From NCBI GenBank assembly GCA_950097015.1, contig CATNEN010000003.1, forward strand, positions 1,612,001 to 1,676,000: a DNA stretch of 64,000 nt. The letters run 5' to 3'. Each line of letters begins with the position of its first letter. Position 1 is the first letter of the stretch. Positions 1-15,000 of this stretch are shown piece by piece. The notes under the pieces were generated by a model, which saw nothing but the letters and a program-made list of their open reading frames with translations, ran no database searches and was not told the origin of the DNA. The translations under genes and the position numbers were made by a program. This DNA is from Macrostomum hystrix. Its lineage: Eukaryota; Animalia; Platyhelminthes.

Positions 1-166
1 ACTGTCTAGTCCTTCCGCTCTTCCGCGCCTCTACTGTCTAGTCGTTCCGCTCTTCCGCGCCTCTACTCTCTATAACCTCCGCTCTTCCGCCCCTCTACTG
101 TCTAGTCCTTCCGCTCTTCCGCCCCTCTACTCTCTATAACCTCCGCTCTTCCGCCCTTCTACTGTC
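1..166. repeat. 32-33 bp minisatellite (CCTTCCGCTCTTCCGCGCCTCTACTGTCTAGT), truncated by the window start
   Basis: About 5 tandem units visible. Confidence 0.9.
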
Positions 167-1039
167 AGTGAATTCTGCCCTTGTTAAAATCTAACATTAG
201 TCGCAACTTTTAACTAATTAATTAGCGTTGGTTCCTTACGTTACTTTGTACATTTGTCAATTATGTTTATTATGTTATTATATTTCCGTTAATTACCTAA
301 TTTACTCAAACTAAGTGCTTCACTCTAAATCGAATGGGTGTATTTTTGTTTTAAATAGTCAACGTCAATAAAAGCTTAGTGCTAATTAGTAGAAGCTAAA
401 CTACAAAAGCAGATATAAGGTCAAGCAGAAAATTGAACTCAACTTGCTTTTTATTGTTTTCTGTCTTCTGAAAACTGTTGTGCATCGCAGTCGATAATCA
501 AATATTTAAACATTTATTTTTATGTTTTGCCCCTCCTGCATGCACAATTAACGGTACTCTTCTACTTTTGCTACTATTGGGAAAGGAAATTTGATTAACA
601 GCACCAGAAGTCAGATGGGCTAGATTAGTTGGCTTCTGTTTGTCCCTGCTTTTTTCAGATTGACTGCCATCTGTCTCACTACTGAACAATGTCCCAATGT
701 CAATGTATTATTTTTTGCAATAGGATTTTTTCTGCAGCTATGTGGGAGGACTGTCACTGTTCTCTATTATTCCTTTAGAAAACTAATTAAGTAGATTGTC
801 AGAGCAAACTTCCATTTTAACAAATTCTTAAACAGCCTCCTTGTTTCTGGGGAAATTTTCGAGATTAACTTTTCTGTTGCAATGTTCAAATACATTTTTG
901 AAGCATCTGCAATGTTCTATAATTAGATTATCCTAGCTCGTATTTGCTATTAATTCAGTGCTGCAGCACTGACATGTCTAGTACAGTCTTCTATAATCCA
1001 TTCTATAAAGTTACAACATATTCTAAACTGTTCTAATAT

Positions 1040-2035
1040 CTTCTAGACTGTTCTAATCTAGGCTGTGCTGTTCTAATCTAGTCTGGGCTGTTCTAATCTA
1101 GTCTGGACTGTTCTAATCTAGTCTGGACTGTTCTAATCTAGTCTGGACTGTTCTAATCTAGTCTGGGCTGTTCTAATCTAGTCTGGACTGTTCTAATCTA
1201 GTCTGGACTGTTCTAATCTAGTCTAGACTGTTCTAATCTAGTCTGGACTGTTCTAATCTAGTCTAGACTGTTCTAATCTAGTCTGGACTGTTCTAATCTA
1301 GTCTAGACTGTTCTAATCTAGTCTGGACTGTTCTAATCTAGTCTGGACTGTTCTAATCTAGTCTGGGCTGTTCTAATCTAGTCTGGACTGTTCTAATCTA
1401 GTCTGGACTGTTCTAATCTAGTCTGGGCTGTTCTAATCTAGTCTGGGCTGTTCTAATCTAGTCTGGACTGTTCTAATCTAGTCTGGACTGTTCTAATCTA
1501 GTCTGGGCTGTTCTAATCTAGTCTGGACTGTTCTAATCTAGTCTGGGCTGTTCTAATCTAGTCTGGACTGTTCTAATCTAGTCTAGACTGTTCTAATCTA
1601 GTCTGGGCTGTTCTAATCTAGTCTGGGCTGTTCTAATCTAGTCTGGACTGTTCTAATCTAGTCTGGACTGTTCTAATCTAGTCTGGACTGTTCTAATCTA
1701 GTCTAGACTGTTCTAATCTAGTCTGGACTGTTCTAATCTAGTCTGGGCTGTTCTAATCTAGTCTGGGCTGTTCTAATCTAGTCTGGACTGTTCTAATCTA
1801 GTCTAGACTGTTCTAATCTAGTCTGGACTGTTCTAATCTAGTCTGGACTGTTCTAATCTAGTCTGGGCTGTTCTAATCTAGTCTGGGCTGTTCTAATCTA
1901 GTCTGGACTGTTCTAATCTAGTCTGGGCTGTTCTAATCTCGTCTAGACTGTTCTAATCTAGTCTGGACTGTTCTAATCTAGTCTAGACTGTTCTAATCTC
2001 GTCTAGACTGTTCTACTATGCTCTAGACTGTTCTA
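1040..2035. repeat. 20-bp minisatellite CTGTTCTAATCTAGTCTGGA
   Basis: About 50 near-identical tandem units. Confidence 0.98.
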
Positions 2036-2444
2036 TTAAGTTCAGCATGTTCCGTGGAAAAGTAAACTATTATCTAACTAGTCCCAGTCCAGTTTCAGCA
2101 GGTCTTGAACCGCATTTTTGCACTTTCTTCTCGTCCTTCACTGCCAAAGTGCTCTCAGCTGTTGACAAGATAATTGCGTTACCTCGTCCGTTGGCAAATT
2201 TTTCTCTTCGCTTCAGTAAGTTTTCAATTCGATTTTTTCGGATCTCAGGTGCATACTTTCTGCATTTCGCTGTGTAATTACTGCCTTGCTGCCTAGAATT
2301 AACGTCCTAGAGACCAACTTTTTAGTGGGCCGTGTGCTTCCCTGTTACTAGGAGTCGTACAGAGCAGCAGACTCCGCTAATAGTGCTAAACAATTAGTAA
2401 AATTTATTTACTAAGGGCTAACCGAGTTCTTTTCCGCTTAACTT

Positions 2445-2945
2445 TCCGCCCCGCACACTACATCTCCACGCCACACACAATCATTTCCGCACCCACCACC
2501 TTACAAACGATTATCTCCGCACCCACCACCCCACAAACTTATCTCCGCACCCACCACCCCACACACTTATCTCCGCACCCCCACCCCATAGACTATTATC
2601 TCCTCACCCAACACCCCACACACACACTTATCTCCGCACCCACCACACAGTAGACTATCAACTCCTCACCCACCACCCCATAGACTAGCATCTGCTCAGC
2701 CACCACCACCACACACACTCATCTCCGCACCCACCACCCCATAGACTAGCATCTCCTCAGCCACCACCACCACACACACTCATCTCCGCACCCACCACCC
2801 CATAGACTATCATCTCCTCACCCACCACCCCATAGATAAATATCTCCTCACCCACCACCCCATAGACTATCATCTCCACACCCACTACCCCACACACTGT
2901 TATCTCCGCACCCATCACCCTATCATCTCCCCGCCCACCCAACCC
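2445..2945. repeat. About 30-bp C-rich minisatellite (CATCTCCTCACCCACCACCCCATAGACTAT)
   Basis: Degenerate tandem units. Confidence 0.9.
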
Positions 2946-3047
2946 ACAGCTCGAACTATAGTAATTTAATTTTTTTCTATTTTCTTGATGATTTACTTTC
3001 AAAATTTTATTTTCAAGTAATACTTTGCAACTCTTTTTTACTTTTAG

Positions 3048-6000
3048 ATGTGACTACGGTCAAGCATTTGAACTCATGCGTCGGCATCGAATTAATCTGA
3101 ACCTGCTGGTTGATCACAGCCCGACTAACTTCATGGCCTCAGTTGATAAATTCATCGACTCCGTGTCTAATGAAGACTACATTAATGTGTTCATTGCTGA
3201 ACTGGAGTGAGTCTTTATTGCTGAGCTATGACTATATAGTTTTGTCACTTCTCTATGCTGTTTATTTTTATGGGTGGGTGGCTAGTAATTTAGAACTCTT
3301 TGAGGTCATTCAAAGGTAATGGCCTTTCTAAACACGATGTGACTCTGTCTGTCACTAGGCTACACATCTTATCTTAGCCCTCAATTAGAGCATAACACCG
3401 ATTTTCTTCTATCAGGCCTTAATCTGGTTTATTACCATTTCGATACATATCGCCTGACCTTTAAAAAGTAAAACAAAATATTTTAATTAATTTTACAGCA
3501 CAATGAGCAGATTATCCAATATAATCCATGTGAGGGATTTCATTCACAGTTTGTAAAAAAATTAGAATTAGCTTTTTTTCTAGAAAATGTCTAAAGCCCA
3601 TTTTTAGTTGCCATGCTTGCTGTAATCAAAGGACGCCTTTTAATGTCACTCAGTTGAGTCTTCAATGCTTTTTAGTTCACTGCCATGGCTGAACTTAAAT
3701 ATTAGAGAACTTTTCACATTGCTCCAAGCCGATTCGAATTGCAGAAAACTGCTTTCTATTTATAGAAAGCAGCAAACAGCAATCTGATTGTAAAAAGCTG
3801 CAATCTGATTGTAAACAGCTGCAATCTGATTGTAAACAGCTGCAATCTGATTGTAAACAGCTGCAATCTGATTGTAAACAGCTGCAATCTGATTGTAAAC
3901 AGCTGCAATCTGATTGTAAACAGCTGCAATCTGATTGTAAACAGCTGCAATCTGATTGTAAAAAGCTGCAATCTGATTGTAAACAGCTGCAATCTGATTG
4001 TAAAAAGCTGCAATCTGATTGTAAACAGCTGCAATCTGATTGTAAAAAGCTGCAATCTGATTGTAGAAAGTTGCAATCTGATTGTAAAAAGCTGCAATCT
4101 GATTGTAGAAAGTTGCAATCTGATTGTAAAAAGCTGCAATCTGATTGTATAAAGTTGCAATCTGATTGTAGAAAGTTGCAATCTGATTGTAGAAAGTTGC
4201 AATCTGATTGTAAAAAGCTGCAATCTGATTGTAGAAAGTTGCAATCTGATTGTAAAAAGCTGCAATCTGATTGTAGAAAGTTGCAATCTGATTGTAGAAA
4301 GTTGCAATCTGATTGTAGAAAGTTGCAATCTGATTGTAGAAAGTTGCAATCTGATTGTAGAAAGTTGCAATCTGATTGTAGAAAGTTGATAGTAGTTGAT
4401 TGATTGTAGAAAGTTGATTGTAGTTGATTGATTGTAGAAAGTTGATTGTAGTTGATTGATTGTAGAAAGTTGTAATCTGATTGTAGAAAAATGCAATCTG
4501 ATTGTAGAAAATTGCAATCGGATTGTAAAGGGCTATAATGTGACTGTAGAAAGTTGCCGTTTATTTTTAGACAGTTGCAATCCAGTGGTAGATGGTTGCT
4601 ATAGTAACATACGAGCTGATGGCTATTAATTTAAAAAAAAATTTCGCTATGCCTCGCAATTTCATTGTCAGTAACGCCAGTGTCACATCCGGGATGTACA
4701 GCCGGGCCTACGCCAATCGCAATCAGGCCAGCCCCGATTGGTCGGCGTGGAAATCAACCGTGCCGCAGTTGCTTCAGCATCCTGACAAAGAGCTTGACAA
4801 AGACTCGTTAGAAAACTTGGACAAAATCACCGCCGTCTGTTCAGTTTTGCTAGCAAATTTAGAAGCTAGAAACGCTAATAAAAAATGGCTAACCTGTCGC
4901 CTATCAGCTTGGGTTAAGCTTGGCCGTCTAGATCTAGCACTTCGCCTCCTAGCTAATGGAGATTCCAGCAATCTGGACCATGGATTTCGTCACCTATTGT
5001 ACCTGGCCGATGTGCACACACTCTACAATTGCGCACTCGGTACCTACGATTTAGAATTAGCTCTGCTAGTTGCTCAACGAACTCGTCGAGATCCCAAAGA
5101 CTATGTCGGCCTATTGAAACAGCTCGCCGAAATGACAGAACTTGAACGTCGCGGTGTCATCGATCTGCAGCTGGCTCGCTACGCCAGAGCTGTGGCCAAT
5201 TTCACCGCCTGCGGATCGGATGACAGATTCCAGATTGCAATGCGATTGGCCAAGGAGAAACTGCTATTTGCCACAGCCTGCCTGCAACTGGGTGACTGCT
5301 CGGACAATGACAGGCTTCGGGTGAGCCTCTGAATTATGCTGTGTGCTGTCCTGTCACATACTGTCCTGTCCTGTCCTGTCCTGTCCTGTCATGTCCTGTC
5401 ATGTCCTTATTCCTGTCCTTGTCCTTTGCGTGTCCTTGTTGTGTTGTCTTTGTTCTGTCCTACCGTGCCCCTGTCATGTTCTTGTCCTGTCCTATCCTTG
5501 TCCTTAGCCTGTCAATATCCCTATCCTGTCCCGTCCTTATCCTATCCATATCCTTATCCTGTCCTGTCCTGTCCTGTCCTGTCCTGTCCTGTCATGTCAT
5601 GTCCTGTCCTGTCCTGTCCTGTCCGTGTCCTATTTCTGTCCATTCTAGTACTTTATTGTACCTAGTCTTTGAAAAATATTAGTAGAAGAAGCAATCGGGA
5701 TTATGTCTGGGACCTTAGAGTATGGAACGAAAATGAATCGGGGGAACGGAAGCGATGGAAATGGGATTTAGAATTATAATTAGAAAAAGAGAGAGTTGCC
5801 TAACTATAATTCAAACTATTCTAATCTCAAAGTGCTGCTGCATTTAGCAATTCAATTCAAGTAAACAAAAATTCTTTTATTAGTGCCAACTAGAAGACTA
5901 GAAGGTGACGATTGACTATTTAGTGAGTAGCAACTCACCTTTCCATCCCATCCGTCTGTCTGTTAATCTATTTTGATAAAATAGGAAAGCTATTTAGTTT

Positions 6001-9000
6001 TAACTTTTATCTAAATTTAATACGAAATTCTTTTGATTGAGCGCTGATTTTCAATCAGAAACTCAATTTTCTGGTCGCCTGACTCTAAATAGTTTCACTT
6101 AATCCCTTAGCCAGGTTATCCCTCAGGTTAGAGATTGCCAGAACTGCCCTAGATGAGTTCCGTGTTTGTCTTTGATTAGCCAATAAGTTCCGCTGCTGTT
6201 CTTTCGGGTTCTTCTAAATCTTTCAAAATAATTAAACTTTTTTATCGCTTCTCCTCTGTGTGATGTCTTACGCCGAATGCCTCACTTGTGAGAAAATGTT
6301 TAAATTTAGTTATTTAAGTCTGTTTCCTTTGTAGTATATGAAGGTCGCAATGTCTGGCCATACTGAAGAACAATTCTTAGTTTGTAGACTCAAAATTATA
6401 GACTGTCTTCTATTTAATTAGAGCACCTGTTCTTGAAAAACCTTTTTTAACACCCTTTTGCGGTCCAAAAAATTAGACTATTTGTTTTTAACAGTTTCTT
6501 AACCGTAGTTGCAATCTAATTACGAGAAGTTGCAATCTAATTATCTGATCTAGCTATGACGCGTTGCAATCTAGCTATGACGAGTTGCAACCTAGCTATG
6601 ACGAGTTGCAATCTAGCTATGACGAGTTGCAACCTAGCTATGACGCGTTGCAATCTAGCTATGACGAGTTGCAATCTAGCTATGACGAGTTGCAATGTAA
6701 GTATAACGAGTTGCAATCTAGATATGACGCGTTGCAATCTAGCTATGACGCGTTGCAATCTAGCTATGACGAGTTGCAACCTAGCTATGACGCGTTGCAA
6801 TCTAGCTATGACGAGTTGCAATCTAGCTATGACGCGTTGCAATCTAGCTATGACGCGTTGCAACCTAGCTATGACGAGTTGCAATCTAGCTATGACGCGT
6901 TGCAACCTAGCTATGACGCGTTGCAATCTAGCTATGACGAGTTGCAATCTAGCTATGACGCATTGCAATCTAGCTATGACGCGTTGCAATCTAGCTATGA
7001 CGCGTTGCAATCTAGCTATGACGCGTTGCAATCTAGCTATGACGCGTTGCAATCTAGTTATGACGAGTTGCAATGTAAGTATAACGAGTTGCAATCTAGA
7101 TATGACGCGTTGCAATCTAGCTATGACGCGTTGCAATCTAGCTATGACGAGTTGCAACCTAGCTATGACGCGTTGCAATCTAGCTATGACGAGTTGCAAT
7201 CTAGCTATGACGCGTTGCAATCTAGCTATGACGCGTTGCAACCTAGCTATGACGAGTTGCAATCTAGCTATGACGCGTTGCAACCTAGCTATGACGAGTT
7301 GCAATCTAGCTATGACGAGTTGCAATCTAGCTATGACGCATTGCAATCTAGCTATGACGCGTTGCAATCTAGCTATGACGCGTTGCAATCTAGCTATGAC
7401 GCGTTGCAATCTAGCTATGACGCGTTGCAATCTAGTTATGACGAGTTGCAATGTAAGTATAACGAGTTGCAATCTAGATATGACGCGTTGCAATCTAGCT
7501 ATGACGCGTTGCAATCTAGCTATGACGCGTTGCAATCTAGCTATGACGCGTTGCAATCTAGTTATGACGAGTGTTAATGTAACTATAACGAGTTACAATC
7601 TGGTTATGACGCGTTGCAATCTATTTTTAATGAGTTGGAATCTAGATATGACGTTGAGTTGCATCTAATTATGACAACAAGTTGCAATAACAAATTTTCA
7701 AAGTCGCAAGTTGTAATACGAGAACGAAAAGTTGCATTCCGCCAGTTGTAAAGCTTTCAATCGAGTGACAATAATTTAACAGTTCATTTGTAACAGTAAT
7801 AATACCTCTGAGTCGCTTAAGTATCACATCAGAAATTTCAACTGAGATTCTGTGCTCTACAATTTTGGTCTCTAGCAAAATTACTAGTTTGTTAGGCTTT
7901 CCATCTGCTTTTATAAATGATTAATATTAGTGGCTTAAAACTGACGTCGTTAATTATCACGAAGTCATTCGGTTAGGTACCCGAAAAATCACCAAAACTT
8001 AGTGCTCAATTTCTTTGGAAATTTCTACTCATAATTTAATTTTCTTAAAATCCTTTTGTTAATATTAAATGTATGTATTAGAACTATTTTTCTGTGTGTC
8101 GGGTTTTAAACTTAATTAATCATGCAGATTAGTCAAATGTAGATCAGTACTGTTCTTTTTTAAAGCATTGAGTACTCTAATATATTATTTCTTCTAGTAA
8201 ATTTATACCTTTGCATTATCACCAGCATCATCACCCTGCTATACTTTTGTTAAGCTCTTGTTCGTAAAGTATTTTTTAAATAATATTTTAGTACCTACAA
8301 TTCCTTCTAGACTAATAAATGTATTCTTCTCAATAACGTCTGGCGTATTGATAAAAAAGGATAAAAGCACGCTTAACTTATAAAACTGCTTGGAAATGAA
8401 GCAAAATTCCTTCGATTTTCTGCTATATATATTTGACATTTATATGCGTTTAATTTGCATAAAGTGCGTGCATATTTTGCGTAGGCGGAAAATCACAGGG
8501 TTGAATTTATGTGAACCAACCGTCATTTTTACTTCACTAAGTTGCAAATTTAGATTTATAGTATATTTTAGCAAAATAATACGGGATTATGTAAACTTTA
8601 TAAAATAAGACAATGTTTGGATGATTTGAGCTCAATAAAATGTTTTTTATTAAAAAATTTTTGTTTTATTACTATGAATTATTTAAAATAGTGTTATACT
8701 GCTGCATTGACAAATGGAAAGTGTATTGCAGTGTGTTGGGACGAAGTAAGCTACAACATGTTTATGAAGTCTCTAGGCCTACTTTTCGATGTAAATATGG
8801 ACACAATCGGTTTTATTTAAAATCGTTTAACGACTTACCGATTTGAGTATGCTATATTGAACGCATTGTGCGACTTTATTGAGGAGGTCAGTGATTAGAA
8901 CTGATCAAAAATCAGTAAATCTTTCAAAATGCTACTCTATTTAGGAACAAAATGTATTATGCACGGTTTTTTATTATTATCAATAGTTGAATCAAATCCG

Positions 9001-12000
9001 ATAAATTAGAAGTCGACTAATTTCCGATCGCTTTTCTAAGCTTCCGTGTCGCAGACCTCATGCGCGCTGCATGAAGTGGCATCATTACCAGCTACAGAGA
9101 ATGACACCATGCCATAGCTATTGCTGATACTGTTGCGGCTGTGGTGCTGTTGATTTTCAAGATCTCTTCTGCTTTGACAGCGCTTCTGTTGTAGCGCCTG
9201 TACTTGTCGATCTGGCAAGATGCTGTCGTTATTATCTGCCATAGATTCGCAGATACCATCCGTCACAGATAGCTGCAGGTTGTGACGACGATTGTTACGT
9301 TGTTGATGCTGCTGACTGTTCTGGTGACACAGTCGTTGACACATTATAACATAGCCAGCTTGAACTTCCCGCATCCTCAGGGACATGACAACTGGATTCA
9401 ACACAGTGAAGCTTGCAGCAAGCGCGTATAAGTAGGGCAGTGAGTACAGGATAAACTGTAGGTCATCTTGCGTGTTGCTCGAACTTCGGGACTGTTCTCT
9501 GTTAGTCACAATGATAGAATAGAACTCGCCAATAATGTATGGCAGCACTGTGGCATTAAAACAGACGAACATCACTAGGATTGTTGATGCACCGCGTCTC
9601 TTGGCTCTGGTATTGCTGATGCTACAGTGTCGGCGAATCCCACCGCTGCCGCCACTGCTAGTGCCACACGCGCTAGCATGCTCTCCACAGGCTAACATTC
9701 CATTTCGACGTACGCGGCGTTTTAGCTTGCGATAGATTCGCGCCAAGCTCACTGTGATAAAGAGCACGGAAGCGGCAAGAACAGCCACTAGGATGCACTC
9801 GCTGATGTAGAATCGATTCATCAGAAAATCTACACTCTTCAGTGGTGGTGGCGGTTGACGCGGGGGCGCTGATGGCAGGGCTGGGAGTTGATAAGCCAGC
9901 AGATCAGATGACATCCTTATTACATTTTTCTCCGCTGTTCGCGTTTCATTATTCGCCACTCTGATGTTAAACACTTGGCCTTGGATGTTTATAGCCGCGT
10001 TATCACAACGGGTTCGTTTCTGAGCTCCGACTATAAGGTGGCTAATGGAGCTGGCACAACCGAGTATGATACCAACTAGCCACTTGACGCAGATAAGCAT
10101 GCGAACGCGCTTTTTGCTGCACACTACACGATATCTTATTGAATGCATGACAGCCACGTACAAATCAATGCACAGAGCGTTTAGGCCCAGTAGCGTCAGG
10201 ATCAGGCCAATATACTTAACGTCGCGCATTAATACCTGAGCTTTAGACAGGCAATCGATGCCTGAAACGGCTTGCACAATGTACATCGTTTGCAGAACAC
10301 TTCCGGCTACTGTTACAATGCCACCTAGAGTCAGACTGAGCACCAGGTAAGCTTTGGTAGTCAGGTGCCGTCTGTTTAGTAGCAAGGCTATCAGTGTAGC
10401 ACAGTTGACTAAGAGCCCAAGAGCTGCGGCTGTCAAAGTGACGATGTCGTTCACCAGTAACGCTTTACTCATGCTTGGCTGCCTTCAGTAAGTGATAGCT
10501 TCAACAGCTTCCCTGCAGATTCTGCATTAATAAGGATCGGGTTTAAAAGTAAGTAAATAAGTTTAAAAGTACATACTTTCGATTTAGAAAAGCTAATCCG
10601 TCTAGTTCATCAGAGAGGTTTTCCTTGTTAGTTTAGTTATACGCAGTTCTTATTCGCATATCAATAATTAATGATCCATCTTAATGTGCGTGGACTACCG
10701 TTTGTTGAAGATTCTTAACTATAGTAGAAAAAAAGTCATTTCAGACGCATCCACTTGTTTTATTAAATTTAAACCAATCAAAACTCACTAGCATTCATCG
10801 TGACATCTTGAGAAAACATGCTATTTGAGTAGCGATCGAGAATCGGAAGTTTGGCTACAAAATAAAAAAACCCTCCATTGCCTCATAAGATGCTTCTCAC
10901 TTGTAAAAAGAGTATGGCTACAAGGTACTTGCGCTTCCGAAATTCAAAAGTTTTACTAGCATTTATAAGCTTTCCGTGACGAATGCTTTAAGCAAAATAA
11001 ATCATTCTGAAGCTTGACTTGGAGGAAATTTCCTGTCCTAGCCTCATTGTTCAAAAAACCTGTTCCTGGTTGTGTTTTAGTTCGAATTCTCTTGTCGTCC
11101 ATTCCGCTTCAAATGTGAGATTTCACAAAGTCGTATTCTAGCTGTCAAGTGCTGCCTACTTCAACAGTTTTTTGGAATACAGGCTCGTCAATATGGCCTA
11201 CGTCCGACCGCATTACGTTCTCACCACTTAAGTAAGTTCCAGAGGTCTCTTTGGAGTTAGTATAATGTCTTTAGTGGACGGCGGGCCTTGTCGGACTCTT
11301 AGTCTGTCTAGTTTGAACTTTCCATATGCTGTGAAACATATGCTCGCCTCTGATATTGGGGCGAGTACTCGGGGTACTGCTGCCACCACTCGGTCACGAA
11401 TCTGGCGTTCTGGTTGAGCGCCCCCTCCTCCCCCCCGATTTACTTTCTACAAGTACAACGTAATTGGACTGAAAATCGGGGTAATAAAAAGTGTCAAAAG
11501 AAAACCTATTTTAATGGGCAACTTACCGAGTTAACGAACGAGCAAATTAATTTTCTAACGTCTGCCCTTCACGAGTATTATTTTGTGGGAACAAAAAAGC
11601 TGGAGCCGTCTCTCTGTTCTGTCTACTTATACGCTCGTCTATTTCATTTGAATATTTTTTCCTGGTTGAGTCGGAAGAAGCAACGAGAAGAATAAAGAAG
11701 AAAGGAAGTTGGAGAAGTTAAAGATGAAGGCGAGATTCTGAGCGCAGCGAACTGATCGGCTTGGGGGCAGCTGCTGATATATGTCTCCTGCCCTTCCATC
11801 GTTCCACCTCTAGACCATGTTTTTACTCTGCCCCTCTCACTCTTCTCTCTCTGATTGTCATTGGCTGTGACTGGCAAAATAGGATTTTTTATGCGGCTTC
11901 TTTTCTTATTTTCTGCTGCCGATAGCTCGATTCCCCCCAACCCCTCACAAAACCTCAGTTATTTTTTTCGACTCGCTGATGGAGAGCAATAGAAGATTTC

Positions 12001-15000
12001 CGTCCTTTTCTTATACGCTGCGTGCTGTCTCTGGCTATTCTTTCTGTTGCCGCCTATGTGGAGCAGTAGACGCGGTTAAAAAAGTATCAACGAGCTAATG
12101 AAGCGATCGTGACCATGAATTGTACAGATCGATACATTATTGTAGCACTGCGTTTTATCATACATGTAGTGAGCAAATACGAGTACATGCAGTAATTGTG
12201 TACTTATAATGCAAGTGTTAGCTAATCTACTAGGCATTTTCTATAGACTACGAGCTAAAATCTGTATTTCACTACGTTAATCCTTTCGACTCGGTGTTCT
12301 CTCTATTCATTAGTTTTCTTAGAATCTTTGTCTTACAATAGTGTCTTTAGGTACTTAGTGAACCATGACCAGTTGCTATGAATGTACTATTGGATGCTGA
12401 GCTAAATATAGACTGTCTCATGATCTGAGTACTGTAATGCAATACAGGCTAAAAAACTTGATAGATGGGGTAGGTCATATCTTTGTTATATATATATATA
12501 AATACAAGGATACACTAATGAGACTACGACAACTTTGTCGATCTTAATACCGATTGTTTCGGACTTAGTAATGGGACTTAGTAATGTTAATCGTACTTAA
12601 TAATTATGCTCGTAATTGACATGTGTGCAGCCATCATAGTGCAATTTCATAATAATTAGAAAAACCTGTCTACAAATTTCGAGAAAATCTGTCGTCTAGA
12701 GAAGTTCATTCACCTTTCAGCACTTTTTTAATTCAAGTCTGGTAATCTAATCATATTTTGGGAGGCTGAAATGGTGCAACAACTTGTCTTACAGAAGTTC
12801 AACGTGATTCTTGAAGAAATTCTTGAATTACAGAGCCGTAAAGTGCAAGCCAAATCAGAGTACTCTAAAACCTAATTTACGCTGGCATATCAAAGCTTGG
12901 GTTCAACTGACAGCGTGTGAAAGTGACAGCACGCTCATCTTATCCTTAGTTTATTTGAACTTAAAAAATATATATAATCATGAGCCTAGTTATTACGCTC
13001 GTCATTCAAGCCTGATTTGGTAATTGAAAAAGCAAAATTGCTTTCGGTAATTGTGCAAATGAAATAATAATAAATTCAGAGAGTAGCAACATACATTCTA
13101 AACCAATCTTCTAAAGCTAGCTCATTTGACAGCTCTTGTTGTTGGCACAATTTCTTTATTCCATGAACAGAAGAAAGAGCACGTAGGATGTTTCGAATAA
13201 CCTAATTTCTCTCTTTACTAAATCTCCTAAAATATTCAGCTGATCGACATGAATATCCAAAACACAAGCTAAAATTTTCGGCTCTATCCGAGAAAACTTC
13301 CAGAATCACTGAACATTGGCATCGAGATATCCGACGATTCTAGGCGGGGTGTCCGGTTGCAAGATAAGCATAATTTGCTGCTCACAAAATCTGCTCACAA
13401 AATTTTATCATGGCTCCACAAACTATATCAGGTGCCTGAGATGCTGAGAACAGCCCCTACGACACACGAACTCAGATATAGAGGTTTGACCTTGTCACCG
13501 GGGTCTTCGGCAAAAATCGCTGAATATCTCGACGATGTTGACGTCGGACGGCTTTGTGCGTTCGTCAAAAAAGGCGGAAAGTTTTGTTCCATGTGGTGGT
13601 CATTCGGTTCGGGAGCTGTTGTGAAGTAGGCAGTGGGTATTTCCCGTGGTCCTTCTACTTTTAATATGTAGTACCGAACAAAAATACTCAATTTGAGTCG
13701 ATAAAGCGGCACCCTCTAACCAGGGAGACACCGAGCAGACAAGAGTATTGCGACAGATAGTGGGTGCGATTCAGATAGAGTACCACTTCGGGTCCTAGAC
13801 AAACCATAGGCAGACAGGATGGCAGAGAAAGTGTTGCCCAAGCCTCTCGCTGCCACCCCCGAGTCATCCCCGAGGCCTGAGCACTAGCTGAGCAGACTCA
13901 ACGAAGCGGAAGTTGGGCACACGCTATCCTCTTCCTCTTTATCAACGCCTGCTCAGTGCCGCCAGTGTATTTCATCTTGTCTCTCCACCGCTGATTTCTC
14001 AGTCAGTTCAGACGCTTCTAAAATGTAGATAGTGCCAATTTTTTCTGGTTAGCTTTGAGGCGAAACACATTTTGGACTTCGGGCCTAAATGGAAGATTTT
14101 TTGTTGTTGCTGTAACTATGCCACACTCACTCTCTGCAGTTGTATGTCTGTGTGGGTGGTTGTCTGCTCCATGTTTGGCTTTGCTAAAATAATCAAGTAG
14201 TATTTTTTCACACCCCATCTTCCTTTTCTCGTCTCACAAGTTGATCTATTGGTATTGTATTGATTCCAGCTATCGGTTTTAGCTTGCTAGTTGTAGCAAG
14301 CCCTGATAGAGGCCTGGGTAGATAAGCATTATTTGTTTATCCATTCGATAACCATTTCCTATCCATCTGGCTCTGTTCTACTGTATCTAATGCTCTGCTC
14401 TGCTCTAAGAAATCTCAATTGAGCCGTTTCTTCGATTTTTGTAGTGTACTTCAAGACAGACTTGGCTTGGCTGCTTTTTTGCCTTATCTGACTCTTTTTT
14501 TAGTAAACTGAGTCGCTTTCGCGAGCGGAGCAACTGTCACCGCTCTGAAGCTACCCTACCCGATCTGAAGCTACCCTACCCGATCTGAAGCTACCCTACC
14601 CGATCTGAAGCTACCCTACCCGATCTGAAGCTACCCTACCCGATCTGAAGCTACCCTACCCGATCTGAAGCTACCCTACCCGATCTGAAGCTACCCTACC
14701 CGATCTGAAGCTACCCTACCCGATCTGAAGCTACCCTACCCGATCTGAAACTACACCTTCCCAATCTGAAGCTGCCCTACCCAATCTGAAGCTACCCTAC
14801 CCGATCTGAAGCTACCCTACCCGATCTGAAGCTACCCTACCCGATCTGAAGCTACCCTACCCGATCTGAAGCTACCCTACCCAACCCCAACCTACCCTAC
14901 CCAACCCCAACCTACCCTACCCAACCCCAACCTACCCTACCCAACCCCAACCTACCCTACCCAACCCCAACCTACCCTACCCAACCCCAACCTACCCTAC

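Noticed and set aside
2047-2277. Possible upstream ELP1 exon
   Set aside because: No match to the expected MPRGNLE...RALV segment and no convincing splice pair.
3756-7668. Heptad-like repetitive ORFs (LQSSYDA)n, (TIRLQLF)n
   Set aside because: Translations of 21-bp intronic minisatellites, open in several frames; no evidence of real coding. The same applies to ORFs over the other arrays.
11200-14000. GC-richer patches and short ORFs upstream of the GPCR, possibly old transposon fragments
   Set aside because: No TIR/TSD pair, second copy or recognisable protein motif found.
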